Below, piece by piece: positions 52,382 through 59,274 of a DNA stretch of 64,000 nucleotides. The translations under genes and the position numbers were made by a program. Source of the DNA: a virus. Taxonomy: Duplodnaviria; Caudoviricetes. Numbering within the stretch: position 1 is the stretch's first letter; each line of letters begins with the position of its first letter. The notes beneath the pieces were generated by a model, which saw only the letters and a list, made by a program, of their open reading frames with translations, was not told where the DNA came from and ran no database searches. The stretch lies in IMG/VR virus record IMGVR_UViG_3300028628_000004; one strand, written 5' to 3'.

Positions 52382-53749
52382 TTAGATCTTAGCGATAGAT
52401 AACATCTTTTTCAAGATAGAATCTGCTGGTATTCCACCATTATCGCTATGAACTTGGTTCGCAAACCCTTTGAATATAGCTTCTCCCTGAGATGATGTTA
52501 TCTTTCCTGCTCTAACTGCTTCACCGACTTGGTTTGCTAGAGCATTGAATGGTTTGCTCATTTCCTCGACATTTCCGCTCATAGCTGCTTTTTGAATAGT
52601 CGTCTGGAGTGCCTCTGCTTTCGATGCTCCATAATTAGTGAACTTATTAAGGTCAGGAGCGGCTGCTACCTGGGCTTCTGGTGCCTTTGGTGCCTCTGGA
52701 GATTCCGGAGCTACTTCTGGAGCCACTTCTGGTTTTGCTTCAGGAGACACTCCTTGGACCGGAGTATCACCAGAGCGTGCAAGATTCAAATCAACGCTGC
52801 CTTCGGGATTATACATCTTCATGGCGTCCATTACGGCAATATCATTCATAATCCCACTTACTGCACTTGACGCTCCCCATGCCCCGAGAGCAACTTGGGA
52901 AACTGCTAATATGAGACGAGCAGCATTCTTTGGGTCTTTGGATTTCTTAATCCATTCGCCAACGCCAGCAATTCCCTTCTTGCCTTGTGCGAAATCTGCT
53001 GTCTTGATGAGTTCCTTAGATCCCTTATAGATTGAGAACAAACCAAGCAATCCCTTGATGGCACCAAATCCAACAGCAACCCAGCCGCCGATTGCAGCGG
53101 CTACAACGCCCAAAATAACCATAACAGCGCCAATAGCAAGAACCTTATAGGTTGCCTTTGTGGTTGCAACCTTCTTGACAATCTCACCAGTCTTCTTTAG
53201 GAATTCCTTTACCTTGGTCAAGAATCCTTTTTTCTTTTCTTCCTTTGACTTTATTTCACCGGGTTTAGCCCTTGATTGTGCCTTAGCATCGCCGCCGAAG
53301 TCACCCTTGCCACCAATACGAGCGTTGGGATCAAATTGGTCTGCGCCAGATGTGAAGTCCATTCCGCCACCCAAAGTCTTGTTGGGGTCGAATTCACCCT
53401 CAAGCTCAAGGATTACCTTGCAAGACTCGTTCAGCTTATTATTAAAAGTTTCCGGGTCTGTTTCAACGCGGGCGAAATGCTCTGCGATGGCGAAAGCGTC
53501 ATATGATTTCTTGAGGTTTCTAGCTGCTGCAAAGCTAATATGTAGAGTATTCATGATGTCTCTAGTAGAGACACTCATTGTGCGTATATTATCAATAACT
53601 GGCTTATTTTCTAAGAGGTAGCTTTCAGTAAGATGAGAGTATCTCTTTTTGGCTTCTGTCAAGTATCTCTTGTTAGATTCGGTTAGAGTAGTTGACCCAT
53701 TGATAGCAGCATACTTTGCTTTAAGATTCTCAAGAACAATATCACGCAT
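52382..53749 (-). CDS. late protein with hydrophobic G/A-rich helices, candidate head-internal/ejection protein
   Basis: TATAAATA upstream, repeated LTE motifs at N-terminus, TM-like segments, P/E/A linker. Confidence 0.6.
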   Translation of the reverse strand: MRDIVLENLKAKYAAINGSTTLTESNKRYLTEAKKRYSHLTESYLLENKPVIDNIRTMSVSTRDIMNTLHISFAAARNLKKSYDAFAIAEHFARVETDPETFNNKLNESCKVILELEGEFDPNKTLGGGMDFTSGADQFDPNARIGGKGDFGGDAKAQSRAKPGEIKSKEEKKKGFLTKVKEFLKKTGEIVKKVATTKATYKVLAIGAVMVILGVVAAAIGGWVAVGFGAIKGLLGLFSIYKGSKELIKTADFAQGKKGIAGVGEWIKKSKDPKNAARLILAVSQVALGAWGASSAVSGIMNDIAVMDAMKMYNPEGSVDLNLARSGDTPVQGVSPEAKPEVAPEVAPESPEAPKAPEAQVAAAPDLNKFTNYGASKAEALQTTIQKAAMSGNVEEMSKPFNALANQVGEAVRAGKITSSQGEAIFKGFANQVHSDNGGIPADSILKKMLSIAKI

Positions 53750-54039
53750 ATTAAATACCCCTGATAGTGTTATTTATAGGAGTATGTGAGCGTAGTTTGA
53801 TTTTAAGATACTTGGGTTGGCTTCTTTCCTCTTTCAGAGGGAGGCGAGTTTTTGTTGTCGCTAAATTGAGTTCTCGAAGACAACACGGGGTTCAGTACGA
53901 AGACATAAGGTGTCAAATACACCCAGCCCATGTAAAGCTGCTACTGACGCACAATCATATAATGTGTCCCTGTTTCCCAATTCCACGACATCCCAAGAGT
54001 GTTTCAATTGTTACATAAGAGGTTATAAATAATGATGTT

Positions 54040-54353
54040 ATGACTGATTCATCGCGAAAGTACGGGACCGATGAATATACAGCCACTCCGTCGCATTTAT
54101 TGCCAGCTATTAGTAAGAAAAGTAGCGGTTATATATGCCAAGTTTGCGGTCACTTAGAGCCATCTTTGGAAAAAATCCATTTGATGATCTATGCCCAAGG
54201 TGTGTTATTAGTGCCCTAAGAAAGATTGATGTTCCCCATATGGTCAAAATTTCTGAGTATTTAAGTGAGCGAGATGAGGCACTCGAACCAACCGTTAGAG
54301 TCGATAATAGACCAAATAGCGAGAAAACAACAGTCATCATTAAAAAGAAATAG
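54040..54353 (+). pseudogene. zinc-ribbon gene split across two frames
   Basis: YICQVCGH in the frame from ATG 54040; LCPRC in the -1 frame (ORF 54135-54353). Confidence 0.5.
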
Positions 54354-54440
54354 TGGGGTATACGACGGGATTCGAACCCGCATTGCGCTCAAGGCGCTCA
54401 GAGTCACAATCTGATGTCCTGCCGTTGGACCTCGTACACC
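54354..54440 (-). tRNA. tRNA-His(GTG), 8/4 fold with long variable arm
   Basis: G-1:C73, TCAGA-TTGTGAC-TCTGA, extra arm GCGCCTTGAGCGC, CCA. Confidence 0.8.
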
Positions 54441-54445
54441 ATGAA

Positions 54446-54521
54446 TGGGGTGGATAGCGATACTTGCAATCGCTTATGGAGATTCACAGTCTCCCAGTTT
54501 ACTATATAACCTATACCCACC
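54446..54521 (-). tRNA. tRNA-His(GTG)
   Basis: GGAGA-CTGTGAA-TCTCC, T-loop TGCAAGT, C73 CCA. Confidence 0.8.
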
Positions 54522-54531
54522 GTGCTTAGAA

Positions 54532-54906
54532 TGGTGGAGATGTGCGGTGCTGCCCCGCAGTCCAAAATCACTTTCATATTCCGTCTACAAGTTTAGAAGT
54601 TTAGACTTAAACTCCAAAGATGCTTCTTGTTGATCGTCCTGGCACGGGACTAGGATAATAACGCATATCCGCAACTCACAGTTGTCTTAATCTTGGGTAA
54701 CTGTCAGTTACATTGCCAAGAAGCAACCCCTATGTTACAGAGTTTCCAAGTCGAGATATCCTTGGGACTCTGGCAAGGAGCGATTAAGCTGCCATTGCGT
54801 ATTCAACTGAGTCATCAGTTATTTTTTTACATGTTTTTTAAGTGACCACATGTTCCACTACTTGCAAGAGATACTTCCACGATCCTGTCGAATCTGTGTC
54901 ATCCCC
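54532..54906 (-). ncRNA. ssrA: tmRNA, tag (A)DDSVEYAMAA
   Basis: GGGGATG...CATCTCCACCA with G3:U70, GATTCGAC, ATAACT then tag ORF 54816-54784. Confidence 0.93.
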
Positions 54907-54912
54907 ATAAAA

Positions 54913-54990
54913 TGGTGTGCATGAGAGGATTCGAACCTCCAACACTTACGCCCTCAACGTAATACCTCGTGCCAATTGGGTTACACGCAC
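54913..54990 (-). tRNA. tRNA-Leu(GAG), short variable loop
   Basis: TTACG-TTGAGGG-CGTAA, GTTCGAATC, CCA. Confidence 0.8.
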
Positions 54991-55820
54991 ATATTTTTTT
55001 CTAGCCAATAACCTCTAGGGAATTTTGGAATATCAATCCCTAGTTTTTTGCATCTTTTGCGTATTGCATTATCACTAACACCGAACATTTTAGCTACGCT
55101 GGTTAACGGCATTTCGTTTATATACTTCGTCAAATCACATGAAGAAACATCAAACTTTTTATTATTTTCACTAATTATAAATTCACCGCATTTTCTATTT
55201 TCATTGTAGCATTTTGCACAAACTCCTTTACTTTTTTTCGACACCACACACCCGCACATTTTACACTTTTTTTCGAAGCGTAACTTCTGGTCGTTTTCCT
55301 TTAATAAATTTTTTTGTTTAGTATTCTGAAGTTTTCCTTTATTACCCCATGTCAATGTTTGTGAATGACAGTTTGGGCATAGAAATCTAAGGTTGTTTAT
55401 TCTATTATCATTATGAATGCCGTTAATGTGGTCTACTTGCAATGTTATCTTTTCGCCCATCCACGTGTCGCCGTTATTGCATTTTTCGCATTTATATTCT
55501 CTTCCATTTTCCAATAGACGCTTACTAATCATATAACCACTTGCGGGGGTTGAATTTTCGCAGAAAAAATCTTCGTCTGATTTTCTTACTCTTATAGCCT
55601 GCATTTTTATTCTCATATCAGTCAAGGAGGTTTTCCCGCGTGACCAAGCAGACCCAGTAAAATGAGATATATCTATATTGAAGTATCTAATTAAACTCTT
55701 TATATGATTATGATTTCCACCACTATATGCCAAACCCAGATTTGCTAAAACATTTGATATTGAGGTTGATTTTTTCACAACTTCTTCTAGTATTTCCTTG
55801 GTGTACTTTCGATGTCTCAT
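54981..55820 (-). CDS. free-standing HNH homing endonuclease
   Basis: CEKC, LQVDHING...DNR..NLRFLCPNCHSQT, C-terminal HTH VSDNAIRKRC. Confidence 0.9.
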   Translation of the reverse strand: MRHRKYTKEILEEVVKKSTSISNVLANLGLAYSGGNHNHIKSLIRYFNIDISHFTGSAWSRGKTSLTDMRIKMQAIRVRKSDEDFFCENSTPASGYMISKRLLENGREYKCEKCNNGDTWMGEKITLQVDHINGIHNDNRINNLRFLCPNCHSQTLTWGNKGKLQNTKQKNLLKENDQKLRFEKKCKMCGCVVSKKSKGVCAKCYNENRKCGEFIISENNKKFDVSSCDLTKYINEMPLTSVAKMFGVSDNAIRKRCKKLGIDIPKFPRGYWLEKNMCV

Positions 55821-55883
55821 ACTGGCATCCTCCCTATATGTATTTATACACGAGGATGCCAGTAATACAAATAAAATATTAAC

Positions 55884-56330
55884 TTAAACAACTTGAGCGT
55901 TGACTGCTCTGATATCTGTTCCAGCTACTTCGGCTACTTCGGCAATCTTCTTGAGAGCCTGTAGTATATTCATAGCATTGTCAACTTTTGTCACCTTAGC
56001 ATAGATGCTTGCCATGTCACCACCGTCAGATAATGACTGTGACTCGACATTGGATACGAGCGATTCTATGCTGGACAATATGGTGGCAGGAGGCATTTTT
56101 CCACCATAGTCACCCAAGCCAAGCAAACTCTGAATCTTGCGGAATTTGCTCGTCTCAACAACAAACTTATAAGGCGAAGATCCGTTCATATTCCAATCTT
56201 CGAACATAACAACCATCATGCCAGTTGTTCTAATATCACTCTTTGGTGCCTTGGGAAACTCAAGAGGAATCTCTTCCTGTTTCTCCATAGCAATGTAAGT
56301 TTCTTTTAGCGACTCTAAGATGGTGTCCAT
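55884..56330 (-). CDS. hypothetical late protein
   Basis: TATAAATA and AAGGA upstream. Confidence 0.65.
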   Translation of the reverse strand: MDTILESLKETYIAMEKQEEIPLEFPKAPKSDIRTTGMMVVMFEDWNMNGSSPYKFVVETSKFRKIQSLLGLGDYGGKMPPATILSSIESLVSNVESQSLSDGGDMASIYAKVTKVDNAMNILQALKKIAEVAEVAGTDIRAVNAQVV

Positions 56331-56364
56331 ATGTATTCCTTATTATACCGAGTTATTTATAGAA

Positions 56365-56450
56365 TGGTAGGGGCGACAGGAATTGCACCTGCACGGGATT
56401 TCTCCCACAACGTTCTAAGCGTTGCATGGCTGCTGTTACATCACACCCCC
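56365..56450 (-). tRNA. tRNA-Leu(TAG)
   Basis: CAACG-CTTAGAA-CGTTG, long V-arm, CCA. Confidence 0.85.
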
Positions 56451-56460
56451 ATGATTTATT

Positions 56461-56550
56461 TGGCGGAAGATGAGGGATTCGAACCCCCGGTACCCGTTAA
56501 GGTACTTCAAGTTAGTAACTTGCTGCTATAGACCACTCAGCCAATCTTCC
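56461..56550 (-). tRNA. tRNA-Ser(ACT)
   Basis: Ser body, G73, long V-arm, CAAG-TTACTAA-CTTG. Confidence 0.8.
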
Positions 56551-56553
56551 GGA

Positions 56554-56633
56554 TGGTCCCACTGCTATATCGTCTTATGCTGCGAATCGCTGCGATATTG
56601 CTTAATGTCCAGTTCGCTCGTACACAGTTGGGA
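56554..56633 (-). ncRNA. CCA-ended non-cloverleaf small RNA
   Basis: TCCCAACTG/CAGTGGGA terminal helix then CCA. Confidence 0.45.
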
Positions 56634-56648
56634 TGATACGCTGGACGC

Positions 56649-56732
56649 TGGTAGGCAAGGTGGGACTCGAACCCACAAAACGACCGTGTTTGAGACGGCA
56701 AACTGTGCCATTCGTTATAACGTCACTTGCCC
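56649..56732 (-). tRNA. tRNA-Leu(CAA)
   Basis: GCCGT-CTCAAAC-ACGGT, GTTCGAGTC, CCA; enlarged D region. Confidence 0.75.
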
Positions 56733-56788
56733 ATGATCAATTTCGTTACTTTAGCGCAACGGAGTAAGAAATTGTAAGAAAGCCGTTT

Positions 56789-56922
56789 TGGTGTTGAGAG
56801 AAGGAGTTGCACCTTCACAATACAGATTTTCTGTTTCCGTATTTCCTTTTATTCATAGGAAGTCTACTACAGATGTTACCTCTTCATAGGCAATCATTCG
56901 TTTCATTTAGTCACTACTCAAC
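56789..56922 (-). ncRNA. tRNA-like RNA A (expanded D region, non-canonical anticodon loop)
   Basis: GTTGAG/CTCAAC-A-CCA, T-arm GAAGG-TGCAACT-CCTTC. Confidence 0.65.
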
Positions 56923-56928
56923 ATGAGA

Positions 56929-57055
56929 TGGTGCCCCGCCGCTGACACGCTCAGCTATTACGGAAGGTCTTTTACCTTTCTAACCCCTCAAATCCTTTCG
57001 GATGCTGGAGAGAAGTCTGCTGTCCCCTACGAGGACAGGTGAAGGTTGGCGGGGC
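56929..57055 (-). ncRNA. tRNA-like RNA C (8-bp acceptor, no anticodon loop)
   Basis: GCCCCGCC/GGCGGGGC-A-CCA, internal hairpins. Confidence 0.6.
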
Positions 57056-57078
57056 GAGTTGTTTATCCAGCTTTGATT

Positions 57079-57196
57079 TGGTGTTGAGGGTAGGACTTGC
57101 ACCTACATACTTGGATGCATGCTGGTCCAAGTTCCCTCTAAAACGAGGGTGCGTCTACTACGGGAATTGAACCCGCTCTTTCCGCCACTACTCAAC
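57079..57196 (-). ncRNA. tRNA-like RNA B, paralogue of A
   Basis: GTTGAGTAGTGGC...GTAGTAGAC...CTCAACACCA. Confidence 0.65.
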
Positions 57197-57197
57197 G

Positions 57198-57339
57198 TGG
57201 TGTCGATGGTAGGATTCGCACCTACACGCTCAAGCGTCCATGAGTTGTTTCCTTCTCATTTTTGCTAAGCCCCAGGTTTGGACCATGCTTTCGTTTAGGT
57301 CTTCAGCCCAGTCCGTCTGCTCGTTGCGGCACATACGAC
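57198..57339 (-). tRNA. tRNA-like gene with GAA (Phe) anticodon loop and ~70-nt variable region
   Basis: TGGG-CTGAAGA-CCTA, T-arm GTAGG-TGCGAAT-CCTAC, ACCA. Confidence 0.55.
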
Positions 57340-57348
57340 AAGAAAACA

Positions 57349-57465
57349 TAAGTATGCTCGGGAGTCGAACCCGACATCATTGGGGTGCATGCAGCCCCTC
57401 CACCGTGGATATGCATCTCTGCATACGGTAGGATTCGAACCTACTAGCGACCATCGACATACTTA
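57349..57465 (-). ncRNA. double T-arm RNA
   Basis: TAAGTATG/CATACTTA closing helix enclosing two TTCGA hairpins. Confidence 0.55.
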
Positions 57466-57468
57466 CTT

Positions 57469-57542
57469 TGGCACATGGGGAGAGAATCGAACTCCCATCT
57501 TTGGGTTTGGAATCCAAGGTACTACCATTGTACGACCCATGT
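57469..57542 (-). tRNA. tRNA-Trp(CCA)
   Basis: loop TTCCAAA, G73 CCA. Confidence 0.85.
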
Positions 57543-57550
57543 ATAAAATC

Positions 57551-57940
57551 TTTGTTGACCCATCCGGTGTGCTGTTACGCTAAAACGGTGGTTTGCTTTA
57601 CTATCTATTATACACCCACAATCACACATAATCCACTCGTGTGGACTTTGACGAGCAATAGATTGCTCTGCGTATGAAAGAGAGGCGGATTTCTTACGAA
57701 ACCAATCTTACTCGCCTCACTCGGTGGGAACCCCATACTTGGAGTTGATGTGACAAGTTACTCATACGCTGGCTACAAGTGGTTCTCGGTCTTCCTTTTT
57801 ATCGGCTGTCTTTATAGCTTGCTCTAAGGCTTGCTTTCAAGACTCCTTGTAGTAGTCGTATGCTTGCTCATTTCTATACAGCGCCCGTACTCTTTAAATG
57901 ATGGCTGCTTCTAAGCCGACATTTCGGTTCGGTCAACAAA
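57551..57940 (-). ncRNA. large ncRNA containing a split 23S rRNA H43-H44 (L11-binding) mimic
   Basis: 10-bp terminal helix TTTGTTGACC/GGTCAACAAA; ATGTCGGCTTAGAAGCAGCCATCATTTAAAGAGT ... GCGTAACAGCACACCGG. Confidence 0.8.
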
Positions 57941-58013
57941 ACTTGAGGTTTCTTAAAGTCGCTTATCCTCTTGCGACATGACAGTTTCAACTCCAACTCT
58001 GTCAAAGGGAAAA

Positions 58014-58112
58014 TGGTGCGGGCGACAGGATTTGAACCTGCGATTTCTTGCTCCCTGGCAGTTACTATTAGGTAACTAAAGCAAGCGGAATACCAGACTT
58101 TCCTACACCCAC
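58014..58112 (-). tRNA. tRNA-Pro(TGG) interrupted by 22-nt insert (58056-58077)
   Basis: CTTGC-TTT[AGTTACCTAATAGTAACTGCCA]GGGA-GCAAG. Confidence 0.75.
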
Positions 58113-58144
58113 ATCAGAAACTATTATATCACATAAAAAGAAAA

Positions 58145-58219
58145 TGGTCTGGGCGGTTGGAGTCGCACCAACTTCTTCTCCCTTCCAAAAGGAGCCGTCT
58201 ACTGTTGACCTACGCCCAG
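58145..58219 (-). tRNA. tRNA-Pro(TGG)
   Basis: C1:G72, CTCCT-TTTGGAA-GGGAG, CCA. Confidence 0.85.
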
Positions 58220-58220
58220 G

Positions 58221-58931
58221 TTATATTTCAATTCCAAGAATTTTACATCTTTTTCTTATTGCATTATCAGACACCCCGTATTTTACACCTATTTTAGTCA
58301 TAGGCATTTTGCTAACATCATCCATTAACTGCTCTTTACTAACTTCAAATTTACGGCGTTTCTTACAAGAACATTTTAGACATTTATTGTTTTTATTTTT
58401 TGTTGTTACACACCCACATTCGTCACAGTTATGTCTTTTTGCGTGATATTGTTTATTTTTACCAGAAAAAGTAGAAGTTTGAGAGTGGCAGTTTGGGCAT
58501 AAGAAACATAGATTTTCTATTCTGTTATCATTATGTATTCCATTCTTATGTTCTAATTGAAGAGTTATTATCTTACCCAACCATACTCCATTGTTCCCAC
58601 AGCAACTACACTCGTATTTTAGTAATCCTTCATTGACCAATCTTTTTTTAAGATAATGTCTAGCGTATGATGAATTCTGGGTTAATACCTGTGATAATGG
58701 TTTCTTCTTGGCGTTAAATTTTCTACCTTTATTGGAACCTACGCCGAGTGCTATATGTGAAATATCTACTTTTTCTTCGATGCATCTATTTTTAATTGTC
58801 TTGTAATTTCCTCCTTTATTTTCCATTCCGACATATTTTAGTATTTCGCTTATAGTGTTAGATGATGCTACTAATCTAGCGAATTCTTCTTTTGGTATTT
58901 TCCAAATTATGCTTCTCTTTTTTCTTGTCAT
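58221..58931 (-). CDS. free-standing HNH homing endonuclease, paralogue of 54981-55820
   Basis: LQLEHKNG...DNRIENLCFLCPNCHSQT, VSDNAIRKRC. Confidence 0.9.
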   Translation of the reverse strand: MTRKKRSIIWKIPKEEFARLVASSNTISEILKYVGMENKGGNYKTIKNRCIEEKVDISHIALGVGSNKGRKFNAKKKPLSQVLTQNSSYARHYLKKRLVNEGLLKYECSCCGNNGVWLGKIITLQLEHKNGIHNDNRIENLCFLCPNCHSQTSTFSGKNKQYHAKRHNCDECGCVTTKNKNNKCLKCSCKKRRKFEVSKEQLMDDVSKMPMTKIGVKYGVSDNAIRKRCKILGIEI

Positions 58932-58990
58932 ATATTCTCCTTATCGGTAGTATATTATACCATGTATTTATATATCCTACCGATAAAAAC

Positions 58991-59064
58991 TGGTTGGCTC
59001 ACTAGGTTCTGCCCCTAGACTAAAACGTTCAAAGCGTTGTATGCTGCTGTTACATCATGAGCCA
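58991..59064 (-). tRNA. tRNA-Gln(TTG)
   Basis: U1:A72, AACG-CTTTGAA-CGTT, CCA. Confidence 0.8.
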
Positions 59065-59071
59065 ATGATAG

Positions 59072-59188
59072 TTGGGAGTGAGGGATTCGAACCCCCACAG
59101 AGAGATCCTGGCGACTGTTTATGGACTTGAACCACATTGTTTCCTATAACAATCAAAGTCTCTCGTCCTACCATTAGACGAACCCCCA
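59072..59188 (-). tRNA. tRNA-Gln(TTG) interrupted by 46-nt insert (59109-59154)
   Basis: AGAGA-CTTT[GATTGTT...AACAGTCGCCA]GGA-TCTCT; no encoded terminal CCA. Confidence 0.75.
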
Positions 59189-59194
59189 ATGAAA

Positions 59195-59269
59195 TGGTTG
59201 GCACGGTAGGTGCTGCCCCTACTACGTCGGGTGTCAGAAACCCGCATTCTGCTGTTGAATTACGTGCCA
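59195..59269 (-). tRNA. tRNA-Gln(CTG)
   Basis: CGGGT-TTCTGAC-ACCCG, CCA. Confidence 0.85.
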
Positions 59270-59274
59270 GTAAC

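Noticed and set aside
54046-54076. Sarcin-ricin-like hairpin ATTCATCG...AGTACGGGAC...CGATGAAT
   Set aside because: Lacks the GAGA tetraloop and lies within the probable coding start at 54040
57551-57940. True 23S rRNA gene fragment or host contamination
   Set aside because: Only H43-H44 is present, split by an insertion and enclosed by its own terminal helix between phage tRNAs
58056-59154. Group I/II or archaeal BHB introns as explanation of the tRNA inserts
   Set aside because: 22 and 46 nt are too short for self-splicing introns and no bulge-helix-bulge could be drawn by eye
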